Source: an uncultured Bacilli bacterium
GTDB taxonomy: Bacteria; Bacillota_I; Bacilli_A; RF39; UBA660
Reading direction: 5' to 3'
DNA length: 49,294 bases
Assembly: GCA_944332695.1 (NCBI GenBank)
Contig: CALVKL010000002.1
Coordinates: forward strand, 1-49,294
The notes under the pieces are model-generated. The model did no database searches, had not been told where the DNA came from, and worked only from the letters and a program-made list of their open reading frames with translations. Within the stretch, counting starts at the first letter, position 1, and every line of letters begins with the position of its first letter. Shown here one piece after another: positions 1 through 8,576 of the stretch. Position numbers and translations under genes: made by a program.

Positions 1-1436
1 TGAGTCAAAATTAAATAGTCTATTTTTTTAATTCCTAAACTTTTAAAATAAGGAATTAATTTATGAGTAGTTATATTATAATTACTAAAACTATTTCCTC
101 CAGTATCAATCAAAATATTTTTACTTTTTAACTCCAATAAAATACTATCACCTTGTCCTACGTCAATAATAGTTAAATAAAATTTTTGATTAAAATATTT
201 GATATTATTATGAACCAAAATAATTATTATTAATAAATAAAAATATTTTGGTTTTATTAAAATAAAAGTAATGATTATATAATATAAAATAAATAGATAA
301 ACGTTAACTTTAGCTAAGGTTATATTAATATTAAACTGATTACAAAAATTAGCCAAAAATTCCATTATATTTAATAAGAAAACTAATAAATTATCTAAAT
401 AAGGTATTATTAAAACAATTAAACATAAAGGAAAAATAATAAAGGAAACTAAAGGAACAAAAAGAAGATTAATTATAGGGCTCATAATATTGATATAATA
501 AAAATTGTTAATCATAATAGGAATACTAGCTATAAAGCAAATAGTTGAAGTCATTAATAATTTAAGGAAATAATTATTGAAACGATTACTTAATTTACCA
601 AAATAAATTAAATAAAAGCAAATTACAAAACTAAACAAAAAACCTACGTTATAAATATAATATGGATTATATAAAAGCATAAAACAAGTAATTAAAATTA
701 TTGTTTTTTTCTTATCATATTTATTAAAAATAAAAAGAAAAACTGCTCTTAAAACTGAAGGCGTAAAATTGGTTAAAAAAGTATAAAAAATTAAAAATAA
801 ACTAATTAATAAGTGACTAATTTTAAGTTTTTTAAAAAATAATAATAAAATACTAGCTAATAAAGTAATATGCATTCCAGATATAGCAAGTAGATGGCTA
901 ATGCCATTTTCTTGATAAATTGTTTTCATATTATTATCTAAATCTTGTTTATCGCCTAGTATAAATGTTTTAAGGTAATCGTTACTTTCTAATTGGTTAA
1001 TTTTATTATAAATATTATTTTTAATTTTATAAAAAATATTTTGATTATCTTTTACTTTAGTTATTTTGTCTGCTGTTAAAACATAATAAATTTTATTACT
1101 TAATAAATATTTTTGATAATTAAATAAATTAAAAATTGTATTATTAGGTGGTTTTTTTAACTCACCACTAACTAAAATATAATCACCGAGGTTTAGATTT
1201 AAATTAGTTTTTGTATAATAACTAACAATTATTTTTTCTTTTGCTTTGATAATTAGATCTATTTTATTTTCTTTATATGTGATACTAATGATATAACCAA
1301 TTAAAGTTATATTACCCTCTTGATAATTGGTTTTATATATTAAATTATTAGTTATATAAAAAGTATAAAGAATGGTAAGGCATATTAATACTTTATAAGG
1401 TAAGTTGATTTTTAATTTTGTTATAAGTACTTTCCC
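1..1436 (-). CDS. comEC: ComEC/Rec2 DNA-uptake channel protein, partial (C-terminus lies beyond position 1)
   Basis: Absent from the ORF track because it runs off the window. My own minus-strand translation (codons whose lowest coordinate is divisible by 3) gives ...ENGISHLLAISGMHITLLAS... around 850-915 (competence domain). It also gives ...LTIIDVGQGDSILLELKSKNILIDTGG...LGIKKIDYLILTH at 1-180 (metallo-beta-lactamase domain). The gene lies directly downstream of comEA. The frame is open up to 1436, but no in-frame ATG/GTG/TTG precedes the first hydrophobic segment, so the true start is unresolved. Confidence 0.85.
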
Positions 1437-2058
1437 CTATTCCATCAACTTCCATTAATTCTTCAATTGCTTTAAAACCACCATTTTTTTCACGATAACT
1501 AATTATCGCTTCAGCTTTTATTTGCCCAATTCCTGATAAAGTCATTAATTGTTCAATAGTCGCCTTATTTAAAGATATTTTCCCATCATTTGAACTATCA
1601 TCTTTAGTATTATCAATAATATTATCAATACAAGCATCATTTTCTAATTTGGGACAAATACATTCTTTTTCGATGTATTTAATACTAGTACTACCTTTAA
1701 GCATTTCTTTTATTTCTTCTTTAGTATAAATGACAATTACCATTTCATCAGTTAAATTTTTACTTAAATTAATGGTGCTTGTATCAGCGTTGTCTTTTAG
1801 TCCGCCACTAATAGCAATGGCATCATTAACTCGGCTATTCTTTTTTAATTCATAAACACCAGGATTATTAACAGCACCTTTAATATCAATTTTAATAGTA
1901 CTTTCTATATCTTTTTCAGCTTGTTGAGTAATATTTTCTAAAGGTTGTTCAACTTCGATTATTTCTTCTTTAGTATTATTAATATTTAAAACAAAAAAAA
2001 CAAGTATGAAGATCAATAAGATTAAACATATATACCAATATTTTTTAATATAAAACAT
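1393..2058 (-). CDS. comEA: Competence protein ComEA (membrane-anchored dsDNA-binding protein)
   Basis: N-terminal TM anchor, an SLBB-like segment (KGAVNNPGVYEL), and a C-terminal tandem helix-hairpin-helix (LNKATIEQLMTLSGIGQIKAEAI...LMEVDGIGESTYNKI). Followed by comEC. Confidence 0.9.
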   Translation of the reverse strand: MFYIKKYWYICLILLIFILVFFVLNINNTKEEIIEVEQPLENITQQAEKDIESTIKIDIKGAVNNPGVYELKKNSRVNDAIAISGGLKDNADTSTINLSKNLTDEMVIVIYTKEEIKEMLKGSTSIKYIEKECICPKLENDACIDNIIDNTKDDSSNDGKISLNKATIEQLMTLSGIGQIKAEAIISYREKNGGFKAIEELMEVDGIGESTYNKIKNQLTL

Positions 2059-2112
2059 ATTTTACCTCCTACTAGTTATATTAGATAAACTTGTCATCTT
2101 TCCTTTTTTATA

Positions 2113-2142
2113 AACAAAAAAATGAAAAAATAATTTTTCATT
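2113..2142 (-). terminator. Intrinsic terminator after the RNase J gene
   Basis: AATGAAAAA (2121-2129) pairs with TTTTTCATT (2134-2142). On the minus strand a T-run follows (plus-strand A-run 2115-2120). The stem is AT-only and therefore weak. Confidence 0.45.
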
Positions 2143-2166
2143 TTTATTTGAGAAATAATATATTTT

Positions 2167-3807
2167 TTAAACTTCTTGAATCATAACTAAAATAATTGGT
2201 TTAGATTCTGTTTCTTGATAAAAATATTTACCAATTTTATCACGCATTTCATTTTTGCTTTTGCTATAATCAATATATGAAGTTTTCGTATTATTTTTAA
2301 TTATTTCTAAAGCCATATTTTTGGCTTCTTTTATTAAGTCAATATTATCTTTAATATAGACAAATCCTTTTGTAACTATTTCAGGACCTGATAAAACAGC
2401 TTTTGTAGTTTTATCAATAATAGTAATAATTAAAACTACTCCATTTTCACCAAGCATTTCTCTATCTTTAATAACTAATTCTCCAATATCACCGGCAGTT
2501 TTTCCATCAATTAAAATATCGTCAACTTTTACTGTAGAATTATCGTTAATTAATACACCATCAATAAATGTTGCTACTTGACCATTTAAATTTAAAATAA
2601 TATTTTCCTCTTTCATTCCCATTTGGCGCGCTACTTCACTATTAGCTACTTGATGACGGTATTCACCAATAACCGGAAAATAATATTTTGGTTGCATTAA
2701 ATTCAACATCAACATTAAATCTTCACTAGAAGCATGTAAGGAATAAAAATTTTTACTGGATAAAGTTATTAAATTACAACCTTTTTTGGCTATTTCATCA
2801 AATAAAGTTGTTGCGCTTTTTTCCATACCATCATAAACTGGCGAAGCAAAAATAATAGTATCATCTTCAGTTAAAGTGACAAACTTATCATATCCACGAA
2901 CAATTCTTTTTAAATTGGAAAATGGCTTTCCTCTTTCGTCTGAAACTATTATTATTGAATCTTTTTCTAAATGATGAATGTTACCAATATGAGATTTATC
3001 AAAATTAACATAGCCATTATTAATAGCTTTAATTAAATTGGTTTCTAAACTTTTACCTAAAATAACTAATTTACGATTAGTTTCTATAATAACGTTTAAC
3101 AATTCTTGTAAACGATAAAATTGACCTTGGAATATATTTACTAATATTCGATTAGGATTTTTATTAATAATTTCTCTTAAATAATTATAACTACGATGTT
3201 TAGGTGAAGTATAACCCATTTTATCAGCATATAATGATTCACTTAATAAACATAATACGCCTTGTTTTCCTACATATGCTAATTTACCGATATCTGTTTT
3301 GTAGTTTTTTTGCATTGAAGAATCAAAAACAAAATTTCCTGTATAAAAAATAGCGCCATCATTAGTATATAAAACATAACCAAAGCTATCTGGTACTGAA
3401 TGTGACAGGCTAATCGGAAAAATATAATTTTTGCCAATTTTTATTTTTTTATGTGGTTTTAGTTCGACTAATTTTCCTTTAATATTTTCTTTAGCTAGTT
3501 CTTCTTGTAATAAGTCTAAAGTGAATTTAGAGCCATAAATTTTTAAATTAGGAATATCATATAAAATGTCAGGAAGAGCACCAATTTGTTCGTCATGACA
3601 GTGAGATAAAAATATACCTTGAATTTTATCTATATTATTAATTAAAAAATCATAATTAGGAATAATATAATCAATGCCTAACATCTTATCATCAGCATAT
3701 TTTAATCCTGCTTCAAAAATATAAATTTCATCATCGACATCGATAACATACATATTTTTGCCAATTTCATTTAATCCGCCTAAGGCAAACATTTTAATTT
3801 TACTCAT
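2167..3807 (-). CDS. rnj: RNase J family beta-CASP metallo-beta-lactamase protein with a degenerate active site
   Basis: 546 aa with typical RNase J length and N-terminus (FALGGLNEIGKNMYVI...GIDYIIPNYDFL). The catalytic motifs deviate: HCHDEQ instead of HxHxDH, TGNF instead of TGDF, PVIGE instead of P(I/V)HGE. I checked these against the DNA. Confidence 0.85.
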   Translation of the reverse strand: MSKIKMFALGGLNEIGKNMYVIDVDDEIYIFEAGLKYADDKMLGIDYIIPNYDFLINNIDKIQGIFLSHCHDEQIGALPDILYDIPNLKIYGSKFTLDLLQEELAKENIKGKLVELKPHKKIKIGKNYIFPISLSHSVPDSFGYVLYTNDGAIFYTGNFVFDSSMQKNYKTDIGKLAYVGKQGVLCLLSESLYADKMGYTSPKHRSYNYLREIINKNPNRILVNIFQGQFYRLQELLNVIIETNRKLVILGKSLETNLIKAINNGYVNFDKSHIGNIHHLEKDSIIIVSDERGKPFSNLKRIVRGYDKFVTLTEDDTIIFASPVYDGMEKSATTLFDEIAKKGCNLITLSSKNFYSLHASSEDLMLMLNLMQPKYYFPVIGEYRHQVANSEVARQMGMKEENIILNLNGQVATFIDGVLINDNSTVKVDDILIDGKTAGDIGELVIKDREMLGENGVVLIITIIDKTTKAVLSGPEIVTKGFVYIKDNIDLIKEAKNMALEIIKNNTKTSYIDYSKSKNEMRDKIGKYFYQETESKPIILVMIQEV

Positions 3808-3887
3808 AATTACCTCCTTTCATACAATTTAAAAGACTAATTAATTATATCAAAAAATAATTGATTAGTCTACAAAATATAAATTAT

Positions 3888-4790
3888 TTAAATCACTAAT
3901 TTTTTTGTTAGTAATTTTGCTTGTTCTGTAAATTCACCTTGATTTATTTTTTGAATTTGTTCGCTTAAAACGGCTCGTGTGTAATAAACAGCTTCAACTA
4001 AATCTAAATCTTTATCCATAAATTCATATTTCTTTTTCATATTCTCCCATATTTGAAGATGTCGTTTGATGTATTCTTTATCTAAAAAACTTGTACTTAG
4101 TTGCTTTAAATCATCGCCATACATTAAAACCATCGCTTGAAAATAAAGCGAAAATTTATCTGCATCATAATTACTACCATGAAGTTCATATATGTCATAA
4201 AAATCTTTTACTCTTGTATTGGGAACGTCAAGTCTACGATTATGGGCAATTATATACAATTTTTCAGCAATATGTTCTTCAAAGGAAGGCGTAGTTATAA
4301 AAAACTTTTCGTCTCCTTTAAATAAAGGCATTACACATTTGAATTGTTTTTCGAATATTACTGAATTATTTTCTTTAAAATCAATGCTAATAGGAACTGT
4401 TACAAATCTTTCATCATCAGGATATTTTATTTTTGCGACTACTGGAATCTTATATACATTATTAGGTGTTTTGGAAGGTAATCTTGATAAATCGTATGTA
4501 ACAATTTCATCGCTTGCATCATATATAGAACGAAATAAAAGGATTAAAGGTTGATTGTGGTGTTCAGAAGAAGATAAATCAATATCTAAAACTGGTCTAC
4601 TAAGTCTTCCTAAATGAACATATTGACTAAAACTTCCCTTTACCACTAAAATACCCCGATTAATACCAGAAAGTTGTTTTAATAATCTTCGCGAATAATA
4701 AGTAATATATGCAGCATTAGTAGAAATTCCTAATCTTCTAGCTTCACCTTTTATAAAATTTTTGTTTTGATCTAAGTTTTTAAATTCCAT
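3888..4790 (-). CDS. AbiEii/AbiGii-family (DUF1814) nucleotidyltransferase toxin-like protein
   Basis: Pol-beta NTase signature VVKGS-x15-VLDIDL, IAEKLYIIAHNRR (K-L-x-A-x-x-x-R motif) and VKDFYDIYEL (D-x-x-D motif). The ~300 aa size is typical of the family. Confidence 0.7.
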   Translation of the reverse strand: MEFKNLDQNKNFIKGEARRLGISTNAAYITYYSRRLLKQLSGINRGILVVKGSFSQYVHLGRLSRPVLDIDLSSSEHHNQPLILLFRSIYDASDEIVTYDLSRLPSKTPNNVYKIPVVAKIKYPDDERFVTVPISIDFKENNSVIFEKQFKCVMPLFKGDEKFFITTPSFEEHIAEKLYIIAHNRRLDVPNTRVKDFYDIYELHGSNYDADKFSLYFQAMVLMYGDDLKQLSTSFLDKEYIKRHLQIWENMKKKYEFMDKDLDLVEAVYYTRAVLSEQIQKINQGEFTEQAKLLTKKLVI

Positions 4791-4852
4791 AATATCCCTC
4801 TTGGCCAGTTATGTTAGCATAAATAAAAATAAATGTCAAATTAAAAGAAACT

Positions 4853-5956
4853 TTATAAATACCAAAGTTTCTCATTATTTTTTCTTACTTCTTTAATTAT
4901 TCCGCCACCTAAACATTGTTCATCTAAATAAAATACGCAAGCTTGTCCAGGTGTAACTGATTTTATTTTTTGGGGATATTTAACTAAAATATTATTGCCA
5001 ATAAATTCTAATATAACATCATTATCCGGTTGACGATATCTAAATTTGGCACTACATTTTTCAACTCTTTGATCATCTAACCAATTAACATCTGTTACTA
5101 AACAAGAATCGCTATATAAATATTCATTATCATCGCCAATTGCAACGTACAAAATATTATTAGTTAAATCTTTTCCTACTACAAACATTCTATCATCATA
5201 TCCGCCAATATTTAAACCTCTTCTTTGACCAATTGTATAATACATTAAACCAATGTGTTTACCAACTATTTCATTTGTTTCAATATTTACAATATTTCCT
5301 TCTTGGTTCGGTAAATAATTTTCCAAAAATTTTGTCATATTTCTTTCGCCAATAAAGCAAATTCCTGTTGAATCCTTTTTTTTAGCTGTTATTAAGTTGT
5401 GTTTACAAGCAATATCTCTTACTTCTTTTTTATCTAAATGGCCAATCGGAAATAAAACATTTTCTAATTGCTTTTTATTTACTTGCGATAAAAAATAAGT
5501 TTGATCTTTGTTGCTATCGATACCCTTTAACAACTTGCCATTTTCTATTCTAGCATAATGGCCGGTAGCAATATAATCAGCGCCTAATTTTTTAGCTTCT
5601 TTAGCAAACATATCAAATTTGATATATTTATTACACATAATATCAGGATTAGGCGTTCTTCCCTTTTTTAATTCATCTAAAAAATAAGTAAAAACATAAT
5701 TCCAATATTCTTTAACAAAATCAACTCTTTTTAAAGGAATACCAATTTCTTTACATACTTTAATGGCATCGTTATAATCTTGTTCTTGAGGGCAAATTTC
5801 ATTATTAATAGTGGGATTACCTAAAAAGTCATTATTGATAGCAGCATCCCAATTACGCATAAATAAACCAATAACCTCATAACCTTGTTGTTTTAATAAA
5901 ATAGCGGCAACGCTACTATCTACTCCACCAGACATACCAATTACTACTTTTTTCAT
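4853..5956 (-). CDS. mnmA: tRNA 2-thiouridine(34) synthase MnmA
   Basis: PP-loop [15 protein letters not shown] and family-typical DQTYFL and GICFIGE segments. I prefer the ATG at 5956 (MKKVVIG), preceded by GGTGGTGAG, over the track start at 5974. Confidence 0.92.
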   Translation of the reverse strand: MKKVVIGMSGGVDSSVAAILLKQQGYEVIGLFMRNWDAAINNDFLGNPTINNEICPQEQDYNDAIKVCKEIGIPLKRVDFVKEYWNYVFTYFLDELKKGRTPNPDIMCNKYIKFDMFAKEAKKLGADYIATGHYARIENGKLLKGIDSNKDQTYFLSQVNKKQLENVLFPIGHLDKKEVRDIACKHNLITAKKKDSTGICFIGERNMTKFLENYLPNQEGNIVNIETNEIVGKHIGLMYYTIGQRRGLNIGGYDDRMFVVGKDLTNNILYVAIGDDNEYLYSDSCLVTDVNWLDDQRVEKCSAKFRYRQPDNDVILEFIGNNILVKYPQKIKSVTPGQACVFYLDEQCLGGGIIKEVRKNNEKLWYL

Positions 5957-5983
5957 AATTCTCACCACCAACATTATATCATA

Positions 5984-6610
5984 TTATTTAATAAATAAAA
6001 TAATTGATTTAAGTAACTTAGGAACTAGATATGTATCATAAAAACTCATAGCAATTATCACTATTAAAACAATTATAAGTATTTTAAAATATTTATTCAT
6101 AACGACCTTAAAATCTAAAGTTTTCTTTCTAAAAATTACGTAAGTTATTTTAAAAGAAAAGCTCATTGCATACATAGTTAATAAAAGTAAAAATAATATA
6201 CTTATAATTTGACTTGGAAAAACATAAATTAAGCTAAATAATATTCCTTTTGTTTTAAAAACTGATAAAATAGCGCCGACGCTAAAACCCATAATAAAAC
6301 ATTTACTGAAAAACATAACTAAAACAACTGGTAGTCCAATTACAGATATACCCAATATCCAAGTAATAAAAATAAAACCAATATTTTCTAGTAAATTACT
6401 TTTTAAAGTTTTTAAATAATCTAATTTGTCTTCTTCTATATTATCAACAAAATTGTTTAAATGCTGTTTTATTAATTCTTGATCGCTAACACTTAAAGAT
6501 TTTACGAAAATTGAACCTACTATAATTCCTATTAATAATAATACAAGTAAAAACACGAGTAGATTTTTGTCAATCTTTATTTTAATTTTTAGTTTGTCCA
6601 TTATTTTCAT
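5984..6610 (-). CDS. spoIIM: Stage II sporulation protein M (SpoIIM family membrane protein)
   Basis: 208-aa polytopic membrane protein. The segment WILGISVIGLPVVLVMFFSKCFIMGFSVG closely resembles the conserved SpoIIM core (W-LGIS-IGLP). Confidence 0.75.
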   Translation of the reverse strand: MKIMDKLKIKIKIDKNLLVFLLVLLLIGIIVGSIFVKSLSVSDQELIKQHLNNFVDNIEEDKLDYLKTLKSNLLENIGFIFITWILGISVIGLPVVLVMFFSKCFIMGFSVGAILSVFKTKGILFSLIYVFPSQIISILFLLLLTMYAMSFSFKITYVIFRKKTLDFKVVMNKYFKILIIVLIVIIAMSFYDTYLVPKLLKSIILFIK

Positions 6611-6696
6611 TATCTCACCTAGTTAAGAATATTAAATTGTTTAAAAAATATTCCTTTTTTTTATAAAATATAGTATAATTTATAAAGGTGATCATT

Positions 6697-6786
6697 ATGA
6701 AAAAAGAAAAAGCAGGAAAAATAATGGCAATTATTATGCTTCTAATTATGGTTTTTTCAACTGTAGCTTCATTTTTTTTGATTTAA
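6697..6786 (+). CDS. Small hydrophobic protein, 29 aa (MKKEKAGKIMAIIMLLIMVFSTVASFFLI)
   Basis: Not in the ORF track. ATG 6697 is preceded by AAAGGTGA (6685-6692) and a TATAAT at 6674-6679. A strong hairpin terminator follows at 6841-6874. The product has a basic N-terminus and one TM helix. Confidence 0.4.
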   Translation: MKKEKAGKIMAIIMLLIMVFSTVASFFLI

Positions 6787-6840
6787 AAATCAAATTTTTA
6801 TTCTGGGGAGTTTAACCTTTTTTTATAATTTTTTAAAATA

Positions 6841-6874
6841 AAAAGACTGTTAGCTAATTTACCAACAGTCTTTT
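6841..6874. terminator. Bidirectional intrinsic terminator (small ORF on plus, spoIVB on minus)
   Basis: AAAAGACTGTT (6841-6851) pairs with AACAGTCTTTT (6864-6874) around a 12-nt loop. It is flanked by an A-run upstream and a T-run downstream. Confidence 0.65.
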
Positions 6875-6912
6875 TATTAACGAAAATATTGTTAATAATT
6901 AAAATTAAATTT

Positions 6913-7884
6913 TTAATTTTCTCCTTCTTCTAACATTTTAGTAATTAAAATACCATAACCTTTATGCGGATTATCAACAACAACATGAGTAACTGCACCA
7001 ATTATGTATTCTCCTTGAATAATAGGCGATCCACTCATTCCCTGGACTATGCCATTGGTTTTTTCTAGCAATTTTTTATCTGTTATTTTAAATGAGATGT
7101 TTTTTGTTTCTTGCATAGGGCTAATATTGGTAACCTCTATCTCATATTTTTCTATTATATCATCATTTAAAACAGTTAGAATATAAGCTTTGCCTGTTTT
7201 TACTTGATTTGGTTTTGCTACTTTATATAATCTAGAATTGTCTATTTCATCAGTAAATGTTCCAAAAATACCTTTAATTGTATTCTCATATATTGTTCCT
7301 TGAGATCCTTCTAGATTAATTTTAGCATTTTTTTCTCCTGGTATACCATTAGCACTAGGTTCAATGTCAGTAACAGTTGATTCATATATACTACCACCAG
7401 AAATAACTAACATTTTACCAGTTTTACTGTCAGTAATTTCGTGACCTAAAGCACCAAATAATTTTGTGTTAGGATCAATATATGTTAAAGTACCAATTCC
7501 GGTAATACTATCTTTAACATAAATACCAGTTTTATAGTTATTATTAGTATCTTTTGAAAGTTTTAAATCAATTGATTTTATTACATTATCTCTTTTAAAT
7601 TCAATATTAATATAACCATTACTAGTTTTAATTTTATTAGTCAAATCATATATTGAATTAACTTTTTGATTATTAATTGCTGTTATCATGTCACCTATTT
7701 TTAAGCCGGCTTGACTAGCAATATATTGATTATCAACTTTATAAAAACCAACTACCATAACACCATCAGCTTTTAATTCAATACCAATATTTTCACCACC
7801 AACGATAACATAATCTGAATAGGCAAAAACAAAACCGGGAATAAATATAATAGTTAGAAGAATTGAAAGAAATGTTTTTTTCAT
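6913..7884 (-). CDS. spoIVB: SpoIVB peptidase (S55 sporulation signalling serine protease with PDZ domain)
   Basis: Signal/TM N-terminus, a PDZ-like segment (GLKIGDMITAINN), a catalytic His context GALGHEITD and a Ser context GMSGSPII. Confidence 0.88.
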   Translation of the reverse strand: MKKTFLSILLTIIFIPGFVFAYSDYVIVGGENIGIELKADGVMVVGFYKVDNQYIASQAGLKIGDMITAINNQKVNSIYDLTNKIKTSNGYINIEFKRDNVIKSIDLKLSKDTNNNYKTGIYVKDSITGIGTLTYIDPNTKLFGALGHEITDSKTGKMLVISGGSIYESTVTDIEPSANGIPGEKNAKINLEGSQGTIYENTIKGIFGTFTDEIDNSRLYKVAKPNQVKTGKAYILTVLNDDIIEKYEIEVTNISPMQETKNISFKITDKKLLEKTNGIVQGMSGSPIIQGEYIIGAVTHVVVDNPHKGYGILITKMLEEGEN

Positions 7885-7959
7885 TTAAAACATCTCCAAT
7901 CTATCACAGACTACATTATTATTATATCTTTTTTTAAAATTTTTAAATTTCTAATTTTT

Positions 7960-7987
7960 AACAAAAAAATCTAAATATTTTAGATTT
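7960..7987 (-). terminator. Intrinsic terminator after the oapA-like gene
   Basis: AAATCTAAA (7967-7975) pairs with TTTAGATTT (7979-7987), immediately after the stop at 7988-7990. A T-run follows on the minus strand. Confidence 0.55.
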
Positions 7988-8527
7988 TTATTTATAAAAG
8001 CAAGCTATTATTTTAGAAAAATTATAGACTATTTGAGTATTATTTTTAATTGCTATACTTTTACCAAGGGCTTTTCCACCAATTGTTAAAGATGCGATGA
8101 TACTTGTTATAAAAAGAGTAACAATAAAAGGGTTCCAATTAAATGTATTAATAATACTATTAGCAATTGTAATTCCAGCTGAACCAGATAAAATACCGCA
8201 AATATCACCGATTACATCATTACAAAAACTAGAAACGCGGTCAGCATTTTTAAGTAATTTTACCGCTGTTTTAGCACCTTTTACTTTTTTGGCACTTTTT
8301 GCATGAAATGGTTTTTCACTAGCAGAAGTAATTGCTACGCCAATCATATCAAATAATACACCAAGTAAGATGAATATAATAACAATTGTAATTCCAAAAA
8401 TAATATGAAGATTAGGAATTAACAATTCAGATATTCCTGATAAAAAAAATGATATTAAAAATGTAATTAATGTAACTTTTATAATCCAATTAACATTGTT
8501 TTTATTTTTCTTATTTTTTTTCGCCAT
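7988..8527 (-). CDS. oapA: OapA-like small polytopic membrane protein (OLE-associated protein A candidate)
   Basis: 179 aa with a Lys/Asn-rich N-terminus (MAKKNKKNKNN), about four TM helices and a basic loop (HAKSAKKVKGAKTAVKLLK). It sits immediately downstream and co-oriented with the large structured RNA. The call rests on context and architecture, not on remembered sequence identity. Confidence 0.6.
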   Translation of the reverse strand: MAKKNKKNKNNVNWIIKVTLITFLISFFLSGISELLIPNLHIIFGITIVIIFILLGVLFDMIGVAITSASEKPFHAKSAKKVKGAKTAVKLLKNADRVSSFCNDVIGDICGILSGSAGITIANSIINTFNWNPFIVTLFITSIIASLTIGGKALGKSIAIKNNTQIVYNFSKIIACFYK

Positions 8528-8576
8528 TTTATCACCACATAAATTTTATTATCAACAAAAAACTATAAATATTAAC

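Noticed and set aside
4091-4554. Three overlapping plus-strand ORFs (67, 62 and 111 aa)
   Set aside because: All are antisense to the AbiEii-like gene, have no RBS and no recognisable motifs. They are spurious frames.
6626-6653. SigmaE-like promoter for spoIIM (GAATATT, 13 nt, AATATTCT on the minus strand)
   Set aside because: Only a partial match to the -10 consensus (CATACA-T) in extremely AT-rich DNA. This cannot be distinguished from chance without experimental or comparative data.
8097-8306. 69-aa plus-strand ORF. The same judgement applies to 10083-10316, 10347-10553, 14302-14577, 27447-27716, 41535-41774 and 46836-47048 (plus strand), and to 21348-21572 and 31966-32169 (minus strand, alternative frames)
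   Set aside because: All lie fully within well-supported genes on the opposite strand or in another frame. They lack RBSs and family motifs.
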